Positions 44,445-52,456 of a stretch of 59,865 nucleotides of DNA are shown piece after piece. The translations under genes and the position numbers were made by a program. The DNA is from Acidobacteriota bacterium (GTDB taxonomy: Bacteria; Acidobacteriota; Thermoanaerobaculia; Multivoradales; JAHEKO01), in NCBI GenBank assembly GCA_029263375.1, contig JAJCXP010000025.1, positions 1 through 59,865 on the forward strand, read 5' to 3'. The number at the start of each line of letters is the position of its first letter. The first letter of the stretch is position 1. Below the pieces are notes generated by a model. It searched no databases. It saw nothing but the letters and a program-made list of their open reading frames with translations, and was not told the origin of the DNA.

Positions 44445-45778
44445 CGCTCCGCCTCGGCCAGGGTAATGATCGTCAGCTCGTCGCTCTCACCGGTGATTCC
44501 GGCCGCGGTGAGCTCAGCCGACCACTCCCGCTCGCCCAGGGTCACGCGGCGACGGCTTCGAACCTGAACTCCGAGCTGCCACCAGCCACCGGGCGCGCTC
44601 GAGCTCTCGAGAACCTCCGCGGCCGCGGCGCCGAAACAGAGGTCCGGGAACAGCTCCGCCGCGCGGGCGTTGAAATAGAGCAGCCGCTGGTCTGATCCAA
44701 CCAGCAGGTACGACATCGGAGCGGCATCGAGCGCGCTCTTCAAGTAGTGCAGGTCGCTGACGTCGTGGAGCGTCACGTAGAGATAGTCGGTTCCCCGGTT
44801 GCGCAGCGGGAAGCAGTGCACCCGCGCCACCCGGGTCTCGGGCCCGACCCGGTAGACCGCGAACGGCACCTCGCCCGAGCCGTCGGCGAGCAGGCGCTCG
44901 ATCACGTCCTGGTAGGTGAACCGCACGATCTCGAGAAAGCTCTTCGCGCCCAGGTCGTCCGGCTCGATCAACAGGCCGTCCATGAAGCCGTCGCTCGCTT
45001 GAGCGATCACCAGACTGTCGCGAAATATGAGAGCCGCCGGCTCGGGTGAGGCGCGCAGAACCGCCCCCGACAACCGCTCCTCCTCCTCGAGGGCGTGGCT
45101 CGACAGGGTGAGCCGCTCGTAGAGCTTGAGCAGCAGCGAGGAGATCGATTCGCTGGTCAGCGCCACCGTCACCAGCAGTAGCGAGAAGAAGACCAGAGAG
45201 ACCATCAGATACCCGGGCTGCGCAGCGACCGACGGGAACGGATCCTGTCTGCCCGCGAGCTCGGACGGCGCCAGACTCAACAGCGGGCCCAGCGCCTCAT
45301 AGCGGCTCAGGTACCAGCGCAGACCCGGCGAATCGACGATGGCGACGAAGCCGGTCGCCGCGATCGCCAGCAGGGCGACGCCGTAAGCGTGCCAGCGCAG
45401 GGTCAGCAGACCGGCGGCGACCACGGGCAGGACGAAGGCCAGCAGAAAGAGTGGGTTCTGCACGCTGCCGACCAGATGCCAGACCCAGGCGAGGAAGATC
45501 ACCCCGACCATCTGCACCGCGACCATGACGGCCAGAACAAATCGCTGAGAGCGGATCCGATCGGTGAGATATGCGGTCCCGAGGTAGGCCACCGAATAGC
45601 CGAACAGGCTCCAGGCGACCACCCCCATATCGATGTCCAGCACACGCAGATACCAGGGGGTCCCGGTAGAGAGCAGGACCGCGATCAGGACCAGCAACCA
45701 GGAGGCGTCGAGCGCCCGCTTGCGCTCGTAGAGCGCCGGCAGACGATCGGACAGCAGCTGACCGCCGAGCTCGCTCAT
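44441..45778 (-). CDS. Polytopic membrane protein with C-terminal PAS-like cytoplasmic region and no recognisable output domain
   Basis: It has ~6 TM helices in the first 215 aa and then ~230 aa of soluble sequence. ATGA overlaps occur at both ends. Confidence 0.55.
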   Translation of the reverse strand: MSELGGQLLSDRLPALYERKRALDASWLLVLIAVLLSTGTPWYLRVLDIDMGVVAWSLFGYSVAYLGTAYLTDRIRSQRFVLAVMVAVQMVGVIFLAWVWHLVGSVQNPLFLLAFVLPVVAAGLLTLRWHAYGVALLAIAATGFVAIVDSPGLRWYLSRYEALGPLLSLAPSELAGRQDPFPSVAAQPGYLMVSLVFFSLLLVTVALTSESISSLLLKLYERLTLSSHALEEEERLSGAVLRASPEPAALIFRDSLVIAQASDGFMDGLLIEPDDLGAKSFLEIVRFTYQDVIERLLADGSGEVPFAVYRVGPETRVARVHCFPLRNRGTDYLYVTLHDVSDLHYLKSALDAAPMSYLLVGSDQRLLYFNARAAELFPDLCFGAAAAEVLESSSAPGGWWQLGVQVRSRRRVTLGEREWSAELTAAGITGESDELTIITLAEAER

Positions 45779-47025
45779 CCCGCCGGCCCCGGCGACGGCT
45801 CACGCAGGACGCCACGTAACGGCGCGTCGATGCCGTTGCCACGTGACGCGTTGTCGTCGAGGAACGGTTGGGCGCGGACGGAGCGCGAGTCGAGCGCCAG
45901 ATAGTCGAGGATGCGCAGCGCGGCCGACCTGTTGCCGACCATGCGGTTGCCCCGCACGACCGGAGAGCCGCCGATGACGACCAGGCCGTCGATCCGATGA
46001 TCGACCAAAGAGTTCTCCGACAGCGTGTCGGACCCGTCGTCGGCGAACACCGAGACGACACCGTAGCCGTTTTCGTAGAGCCGGTTGCCGTGGACGACAC
46101 TCTTGCCGCCGCGGTTGAGCAGAATGCCCACCGCTTGGTTGTGGTCGATCTCGTTGTCGCTCAGCTCGAGACCGAAGGTCTCCACGGCGACCACCCCATT
46201 GCGCAATCCTCCCTGGATCCGGTTGCCGCGCACTCGAGCTCCGGATCCGAACAGAGAGAGCGCCGACTCCCGCGCACCGACGAAGTCGTTGTTCACGACG
46301 TGCAGCGGCACGTTGCCGGCGACCACGGAGATCTGATCGGCCGAGAAGGTGTTGCCCTCGATCGTCAGCGGCCTCCTGCTGTGACCCAACGGTGAAGCCA
46401 GAACCGCCCAGATCGCGGCCTCGCGATGGCCGCTGAAGCGATTGTCCGAGACGGTCACCCCGGCGGCGAAGTCCCTCATGACAATCCCGAGACCGGAACC
46501 CTCGAAGGTGCCTGAGCGAACCGCCAGATCGGCCGCCCGCGAGCCGACCAGAATGGCCGTACCACATTCGACGAAGTCGACCTGTTCGATCTTTACGCCC
46601 GGCTCGGTGACTACCACCGCCGCCTCCGGGCTGCCCACGAAACGGAGTTTGCTGAGTCGGCTGAACGGCGCGCTGATCTTCAGGACCGGGCCGCCTCCGA
46701 GCTCGCTGCCGTCGATCACCACCGTCTCTCGCCTGCCTTCGATCACGACACCGTGACTGTTGACGACCGCCGGCAACGGCGTGCGCACCTCGATCCGCGG
46801 CACGGCCAGGACGATCAACGCTCGGTGCGAAAGGCGATCGGCTTCGAACAGAGCCTCCCGCAGAGTGCTGGGACCGCGATCCCGCGAGCTGGTCACCAAC
46901 AGCTCGACCGCTGTGCGGGGCTCCACCGACGGCCGAAGCACCCGGATGCGCGCTTCGAGCAACGCCACCAGGCCGAGCAGAGCCACCACGCTCACTAGAG
47001 CTGCGTCACGCCGACGATTTCTCAC
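45775..47025 (-). CDS. Membrane-anchored right-handed parallel beta-helix repeat protein (NosD/AlgG/pectate-lyase-like fold)
   Basis: The GTG start at 47025 overlaps the upstream stop (GTGA). An N-terminal TM (ALVSVVALLGLVALL) is followed by repeated ~22-aa units (V.GN.F...., I..N.I..N..GI.L). Confidence 0.7.
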   Translation of the reverse strand: MRNRRRDAALVSVVALLGLVALLEARIRVLRPSVEPRTAVELLVTSSRDRGPSTLREALFEADRLSHRALIVLAVPRIEVRTPLPAVVNSHGVVIEGRRETVVIDGSELGGGPVLKISAPFSRLSKLRFVGSPEAAVVVTEPGVKIEQVDFVECGTAILVGSRAADLAVRSGTFEGSGLGIVMRDFAAGVTVSDNRFSGHREAAIWAVLASPLGHSRRPLTIEGNTFSADQISVVAGNVPLHVVNNDFVGARESALSLFGSGARVRGNRIQGGLRNGVVAVETFGLELSDNEIDHNQAVGILLNRGGKSVVHGNRLYENGYGVVSVFADDGSDTLSENSLVDHRIDGLVVIGGSPVVRGNRMVGNRSAALRILDYLALDSRSVRAQPFLDDNASRGNGIDAPLRGVLREPSPGPAG

Positions 47026-47810
47026 TTCTCGCCTCGAGGCTCGAGCACGATCACCTTGTGCCACGAGGGGGCGACCAGCCTGCGGCCCAGGAGCGCATCG
47101 ACCGGCAGCGAACCCAGGGTCAGCAGGGCCAGAATCGTCTTCGACAGAGCGCGCGGCAGACGCCGATAGTAGGGCAGGAACTGGACCTTCAGCGGCATCG
47201 GGTCGACACCACCCAGCGCAACCAGATCGAAGCCCGCGACGCTCCAGAGGGCGCGATAGTCCTCGAGCGTCCGGGCGGTGAAGATGTCCGAATCGCAACG
47301 GCTCACTCGACGGGTCGGCGCCGCTTCGAGCAGGACCAACTTGCCGTCGACAGCGAGATGCGAGCGGATCCGCTCCAGCGCGGTGCGCACTCGCTCACCG
47401 TCGAGGATGTGCTGCAGGACGGTAACGCCGAGGGCGAAGTCGTAGGTCTCTCCAAGGTCGAGGGTCGCCAGGTCTCCGACCTCGAACCGGCAGCGCGACT
47501 CGAGCCGGGCGCCGGCCGTCCGGCGCTCGGCCTCGGCGACCATGAATGCGCTCAGATCGACGCCGGTGACTCTTGCGCCGCGCGTCGCCAGAGCTCGACT
47601 CCACCGGCCGATACCGCACCCGAGATCGAGCGCCCTGGTCCCGGGCTCGACCCGCAACCATCGGCGCAACGCCAGCCTCTGGCTCCACTCGATCGCGCGG
47701 TTGTAGAACTCGGGCATTCCGTAGGAGCAGACCGCCCTGAGCCCCGCGCCTTCGCCGGCAAACCTACGCGCCCGACGCTCCCAATAGACCTCCGCCGGCA
47801 GTGAGCTCAT
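47022..47810 (-). CDS. Class I SAM-dependent methyltransferase
   Basis: The start is at ATG 47810 (MSSLPAEVYWERR...). Motif I is ALDLGCGIGRWS and the post-I acidic residue lies in VTGVDLS. The track's 330-codon R-rich extension is rejected. Confidence 0.85.
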   Translation of the reverse strand: MSSLPAEVYWERRARRFAGEGAGLRAVCSYGMPEFYNRAIEWSQRLALRRWLRVEPGTRALDLGCGIGRWSRALATRGARVTGVDLSAFMVAEAERRTAGARLESRCRFEVGDLATLDLGETYDFALGVTVLQHILDGERVRTALERIRSHLAVDGKLVLLEAAPTRRVSRCDSDIFTARTLEDYRALWSVAGFDLVALGGVDPMPLKVQFLPYYRRLPRALSKTILALLTLGSLPVDALLGRRLVAPSWHKVIVLEPRGEK

Positions 47811-49216
47811 CCCTCCTCCTCGATCAGCGCGCCTCGAACCTCGCTGCGCAGCGACCCTTCGTCCTGGTAGTGATCCTTGAACAGCCGCACGCCGATCGTG
47901 CGCAGGCAGAGCCAGTTCAGATACCCGACCGCGGTCGGAATCGCCAAGCCGAGGGCGTAGAACATGTAGAGCGGCACGGCGCCGACGAGCTCCAGGCGAG
48001 AGCCACGCGGAACCGCGGTCGTCAGCACCAGGATGGTGAGCAGGAGGTAGTGAACGTAGATCACGACGAACAGCGACGGAGGCACGCGCATCAGCTCCGG
48101 GAGGCCGTCGTAGCTGACCAGCTGCGCCACTCCATTCAGGAGACTCAGGCCGACACCCACCGTCGCCGCGAGCCGCAGCGGTTGCAGCAGGATCGAGACC
48201 AGCCCGAAGTAGCCCAGGAACTGGTAGGCGGCGTAGGGTCCGCGCGACGCCGCCTTGCAGACCTCCGAGAAGCGGAGCGCATAGGCTCGAATCAGACCGT
48301 AGGCCCACCCGACCCGTTGAGAGAACAGGCCCGCGAGCGTCTCCTCTCCATCCGTTTCGACCTCCAGGCGACCGTCGTACGAGAGCCGCTCGCCGGCGCC
48401 CAACAGCAGCAGGGAGAGCTCGAGATCCTCGGCATAGACCGAGAGCGAGTGCTGCTCGAGAGCACGCTCGAGGGGCTCCCGTTGATAGACGGCGATCCCG
48501 GAGCTCACCGCCGCATCGCCCAGGCTGCGTCGCCCCACCTCCAACGCCATGAAGTACTCGAGGCGTTGGAACGTGGTCAGCACGCCGCTCTGACCGACGC
48601 TGATCAGCGGCGTCACCCCGGCGGCGCCCGAGCGCTGCAGATCGAAGATCACGCTCTCCAGCGCTCCCTCGCCATTGCCGGTCCAACCGATCGGACGAAT
48701 GTCCGGGTCGAGTACGACGATCGTCTCGAAGTCGGGCGGCAACGCCGCCAGCAGCCTGCGTATCGCCCCCGGTTTCTTGCGATTCCTCCCGCCCGGCACG
48801 CACCGGTAGCCGGACCGCTGGAGCATCGGCACCGTACTGTCGGTCGAACCGTCGTCGATGATCCAGAGTCGATCGCGGTACGGTTCCATCTCGCGTAGAA
48901 AGGGCTGCAAACTACGTTCGCCGTTGTAGACCGAGACCACCAGCGCGAACGGTCGCACGTGCAGGCGCTTCTGAACGGGGGTGAGCGGGCCGGTCGCTCC
49001 GGACGGACCGTCACCCGCGGCCGCGCCGATACGAACGACGTAGAGCCGCACGAGATAGTCGATCAGGTCGAGGCTGATGATCCCCAGCGCCAAGAGATAC
49101 GTGGTCCCCTTGACCAGAGCACTGACGCCGGCCGAGGCCGTGATGATGGTCCAGCCAACGGCCAGTGCGGCGAGCGCCAGCGCCGTGCCCAGATGCGACG
49201 TCGTCGGCTGCTTCAC
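47807..49216 (-). CDS. Processive-type membrane glycosyltransferase family 2 (synthase-like)
   Basis: Two N-terminal TMs are followed by VVSVYNGE, IIDDGSTDS, VLDPD and YAEDLELS. A variant Q-x-x-R-W motif (QRVGW) and 4 C-terminal TMs follow. GTG 49216 overlaps the upstream stop (GTGA); the alternative is ATG 49261. Confidence 0.85.
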   Translation of the reverse strand: MKQPTTSHLGTALALAALAVGWTIITASAGVSALVKGTTYLLALGIISLDLIDYLVRLYVVRIGAAAGDGPSGATGPLTPVQKRLHVRPFALVVSVYNGERSLQPFLREMEPYRDRLWIIDDGSTDSTVPMLQRSGYRCVPGGRNRKKPGAIRRLLAALPPDFETIVVLDPDIRPIGWTGNGEGALESVIFDLQRSGAAGVTPLISVGQSGVLTTFQRLEYFMALEVGRRSLGDAAVSSGIAVYQREPLERALEQHSLSVYAEDLELSLLLLGAGERLSYDGRLEVETDGEETLAGLFSQRVGWAYGLIRAYALRFSEVCKAASRGPYAAYQFLGYFGLVSILLQPLRLAATVGVGLSLLNGVAQLVSYDGLPELMRVPPSLFVVIYVHYLLLTILVLTTAVPRGSRLELVGAVPLYMFYALGLAIPTAVGYLNWLCLRTIGVRLFKDHYQDEGSLRSEVRGALIEEEG

Positions 49217-50883
49217 GGTCCCGCAGCCACCGCCGCGCGTCGGACCGGGCCGGCGGGACACTCGCTCAAGCTCCGGAACCGTTCGCGCGCCGACTCATCC
49301 AGCCCGGGCAGCCTGGAGAGCAGCGCCTCGAGCGCTCCCTGTCGCAGCTCGGCATCGTCGGCAAAGAGGATCGGCGCGGCGGCGTTGATCCAGATCAGCG
49401 ATCGGATCCGAGAGGGCAGGTGCGCCGCACTCTCTCCGAGACGCGCCACCCAGCTCTCGAAGCCGACCTCGATCTGCTCGATCGCCGCTCGGACCAACGG
49501 CTCGATCGGCAGAATCTTGACCGGCTGCCGCCAGCTGATCTCGGTGCCCTCGATCCGTTGCTCCTGGAAGATCGTGTGCTCAGCGAGCGTCGGATCCGCC
49601 GCCATCGCGGCGCCGGAGAACGGAATGACGTACGGGTACATCCCCATCTCGCAGCCCTCTAGCAGCCAGCGATAGCCCTGCTTCACGGTGGTGGCGAGAT
49701 CGTCCAACCCGCAGCGCGGCGAGGTCAGGATCAGATCGAGGAAGGGCGTGATGCCGAGCTCGAGCGCCGTCGAGAGCATCGGCTCGATGTGGGAGTGGAT
49801 CTGCTTCTTGTTGAACTCGGTCAGTACTTCGAGTGAGAAGCTTTCGACACCGAATCCGAGGACCCGAAAGCCCGCGTCGCGCATCGCGGTCAGCCGCTCG
49901 CGGGTCATGGCGTCGATTCGATTCGTGCTGATGAACTGCAGGTCGCGCGGTAGGCGCCCGTCGCCCTTGGCTTCGACGATCGCCGCACAGAGCGGCAGGA
50001 TCCGATCGTCGTTCGTGAAGACGAAGATGTCGTCCTGGAAGATGATCGTTCGCACCGAGGGCTGCACCGTGACGATCCGTTCGACCATCGCCAGACACTC
50101 GCCGGCGTCGAGGCGCCGGATCCGGGCCACGCTGTCCTGGGCGGCGTGCAGAAAGTTCGTGGAGGAACAGAAGGTGCAGCCCATCGGACAGTAGTTGAGG
50201 GTGTTCAAGCGGACCGAGCGGATCTCGGCGAGCTGCGCCTCACGCTGCGCCTTGGTCGGCAGCGAGCCCACGTCGTAGGCCGTGGTGAGCTTGCGCCAGT
50301 AGCGCTCGAACGGCATGCGCTCGTAGGGCGTCTTGGCAACGGCGGCGGCCAGCTCGTCGCGGGTCAGGGCCTCCTGCGGAAGGCGCACCAGCTCACCGGA
50401 TCCATCCAGCCAGGCGGTTCCTCGAATGCCGAGCCAATCGGCACCCGTCACCAGACGCTCGGTCAGCTCGAGTAGCGGCCTCTCACCCTCGCCCAGGACG
50501 ACCAGGTCGAACGGACCCAGCTCGAGGATGCGCCGGGGCTCGAACGTCGCCTCCATGCCACCGGCGAGGAGCACCGCTCCGGGCTTCAGCCGACGCGCCA
50601 CATGGGCAAGCGCCAGATCGAAGCGCAGCGTCATGCCGGTCGTTGACGAACCGATGACGTGCCACTCACCCTCGGTCAGCAGCCGGGCAAGCGCCTCCTC
50701 AGGCGGGCCCGGACAGCAGTTCGGATCGAACACCTCGACCTCTACGCCGGTCGCAGCGAGGACACCTTGCAGCCGCCACACACCGAGCGGCGGCGCCAAG
50801 AAGGTGTACTCCCCGCAGTGCGGGTCGTAGGGACCGATCAGTAGGACGCGGGGTTTTGTTCTCTTGACTCCGTGTTGGGGCAT
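49213..50883 (-). CDS. B12-binding-domain radical SAM protein
   Basis: The N-terminal Rossmann-like B12-binding region reads PRVLLIGPYD...VLLAGGMEAT. The radical SAM cluster motif CPMGCTFC (CxxxCxxC) is present. I chose ATG 50883; alternatives are 50922 and 50937. Confidence 0.85.
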   Translation of the reverse strand: MPQHGVKRTKPRVLLIGPYDPHCGEYTFLAPPLGVWRLQGVLAATGVEVEVFDPNCCPGPPEEALARLLTEGEWHVIGSSTTGMTLRFDLALAHVARRLKPGAVLLAGGMEATFEPRRILELGPFDLVVLGEGERPLLELTERLVTGADWLGIRGTAWLDGSGELVRLPQEALTRDELAAAVAKTPYERMPFERYWRKLTTAYDVGSLPTKAQREAQLAEIRSVRLNTLNYCPMGCTFCSSTNFLHAAQDSVARIRRLDAGECLAMVERIVTVQPSVRTIIFQDDIFVFTNDDRILPLCAAIVEAKGDGRLPRDLQFISTNRIDAMTRERLTAMRDAGFRVLGFGVESFSLEVLTEFNKKQIHSHIEPMLSTALELGITPFLDLILTSPRCGLDDLATTVKQGYRWLLEGCEMGMYPYVIPFSGAAMAADPTLAEHTIFQEQRIEGTEISWRQPVKILPIEPLVRAAIEQIEVGFESWVARLGESAAHLPSRIRSLIWINAAAPILFADDAELRQGALEALLSRLPGLDESARERFRSLSECPAGPVRRAAVAAGP

Positions 50884-50958
50884 CTCGGTCGCACCGACAC
50901 ACTCGCCTTTCGACCCGCCCATCTTCGAACACGCCACCGTCGAGCACAGTTAGCTCCT

Positions 50959-52275
50959 TCATAGGGACGACCCCGTCGCAGGCCTGCGCAGAGCGGGACC
51001 GAGGAAGAGCGCCATGTCCACGAAATTGATCGCGTAGTAACGGAAGCCGTCGAGCTCGTCGATGCCGAGGTTGCACGCCAGGTAGTCCTCTCCGCCGTCG
51101 ACCAGGGGAGCGGTGTAGATCAGCGGCCGCCTCAGGCGCAGGTCGGCGCGAGCCACCTGGAGGGTGAGCGCCGATACCTCGATGGCCTCCAGTCTGCGCG
51201 CTCCGCCGACCCCCTCGATCTCCACCGGCTGCCGCTGACCGAGGCTCTCGATACGGCTGCGAAATCGCTGGAAGAAGGGAGCGTAGAAGAAAGTGCGACC
51301 GGACCCCGTGTCCAGCCGGCAGACGATGTCCTCCTTCTGGAACCGGGCGCTCACCAGAAGCTCCAGCCCGTCGAGCGCGAGGTTCGACTCCCCCCTCTTC
51401 GGGGGACGCGCCGGAATCTCGAGCACGTTGTCCGCCAGCAGCCGAATCTCGCCCAGCGCTTCGAGCACCGGCAATCCGATCAGCCCCGGCAGTCGAGCGC
51501 CGCCGGCAAAGCTCAGCAGCTCATCGGGAAACACGAGGAACACCACATTCCGCAGCTCGGCCCGGCCGAGGGTGACCTGATCGGCTACCGCCACGTCCGC
51601 CGGCACGATCCGACCGGTCGAGGTGGTCACCTGCAGCCCGACGCTGCGGATCGAGAGGCCGGCGGCCTGAGCTACCGAGCGCATGAGCACCGAGAAGTTG
51701 GCGCCGGTGTCGATTCCGAGCTCGACACGCGAGCCGCCGAGGGTGACCGCCACCAACCGGCGGCGCAGCTCCAGTTTGAGCCGGCTCGCGGACCGGATCT
51801 CGACCGTCTGGGGCGGTTCCGCCTGGAGAGCCTCGAGCAGCAGGGTCGTGTTGGCGACCTCGGAGACCAGTTCGCGTGGGTGCTCACCCGGAGCGCCGAC
51901 GATGCGACGCGCGGCGACCAGCGCCGCCGGGTAGTCATGCAGGCGCACGTGGTTCTCCATCTCGAGACGGAGCGCTTCGCTCTTCAGCTTCGCCGGCAGA
52001 TTCGAGCCCTGAGATGAGAGCTCGGCCAGCACCCGGTTCGAGGCCAGCGGTCGGTTGAAGGCGTGATCCACCGCCGCGGTCAGGAACCGGTGCTCGGGCC
52101 GCTCCACCAGCGCCGTCGCGCCGGCAAGCGCCGCTCGCAGCTCGAAGTAGTCGCGCTGATGGTAGAGCTCGAGCAGCTCGGCCAGCGGCTCAGCCTGGCC
52201 GGTGACGTCATCCGAGACCGCCAGGAGCAGCAGGAGAGCCGGTCCGACCCATCCAGAGAACCGCCGACGACTCAT
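50959..52275 (-). CDS. Secreted tandem retropepsin-like aspartic protease with N-terminal helical (TPR-like) region
   Basis: It has a signal peptide (GPALLLLLAVSDD). Two aspartic-protease signatures are present in one chain: GIDTGANFSVL and RLDTGSGRTFF. Confidence 0.7.
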   Translation of the reverse strand: MSRRRFSGWVGPALLLLLAVSDDVTGQAEPLAELLELYHQRDYFELRAALAGATALVERPEHRFLTAAVDHAFNRPLASNRVLAELSSQGSNLPAKLKSEALRLEMENHVRLHDYPAALVAARRIVGAPGEHPRELVSEVANTTLLLEALQAEPPQTVEIRSASRLKLELRRRLVAVTLGGSRVELGIDTGANFSVLMRSVAQAAGLSIRSVGLQVTTSTGRIVPADVAVADQVTLGRAELRNVVFLVFPDELLSFAGGARLPGLIGLPVLEALGEIRLLADNVLEIPARPPKRGESNLALDGLELLVSARFQKEDIVCRLDTGSGRTFFYAPFFQRFRSRIESLGQRQPVEIEGVGGARRLEAIEVSALTLQVARADLRLRRPLIYTAPLVDGGEDYLACNLGIDELDGFRYYAINFVDMALFLGPALRRPATGSSL

Positions 52276-52281
52276 CTACCC

Positions 52282-52287
52282 ACTATA
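52282..52287 (-). promoter_or_regulatory. Candidate -10 box TATAGT only 6 nt upstream of the protease ATG (leaderless-transcript candidate)
   Basis: The minus strand reads ...cggccgTATAGTgggtagATG. It is an isolated AT-rich hexamer in GC-rich DNA. I could find no convincing -35. Confidence 0.25.
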
Positions 52288-52456
52288 CGGCCGAGCGACC
52301 GAGCTTGGTCCGCCCGGGTTTTCCGCTCAGCTCCCAAACAATCCGGCACGCTTGAGGGCCTGGACGGCGCAAGACGGCCGGGCGGGGAGGACCGGCGCCC
52401 TCCCGAGCCGACCGGACGGGGCGGGGTCGAGCCCCGCCCACGCCGGCGGCGCGCGG

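Noticed and set aside
50699-50947. An 82-codon Cys/Arg-rich ORF starting at a GTG 6 nt after a perfect AGGAG that immediately follows the protease stop. I considered it as a RiPP-precursor candidate for the radical SAM enzyme.
   Set aside because: It lies entirely inside the radical SAM gene in another frame, and its R-rich composition is typical of off-frame translation of GC-rich coding DNA. It is worth a glance in ribosome-profiling data, but I cannot support it.
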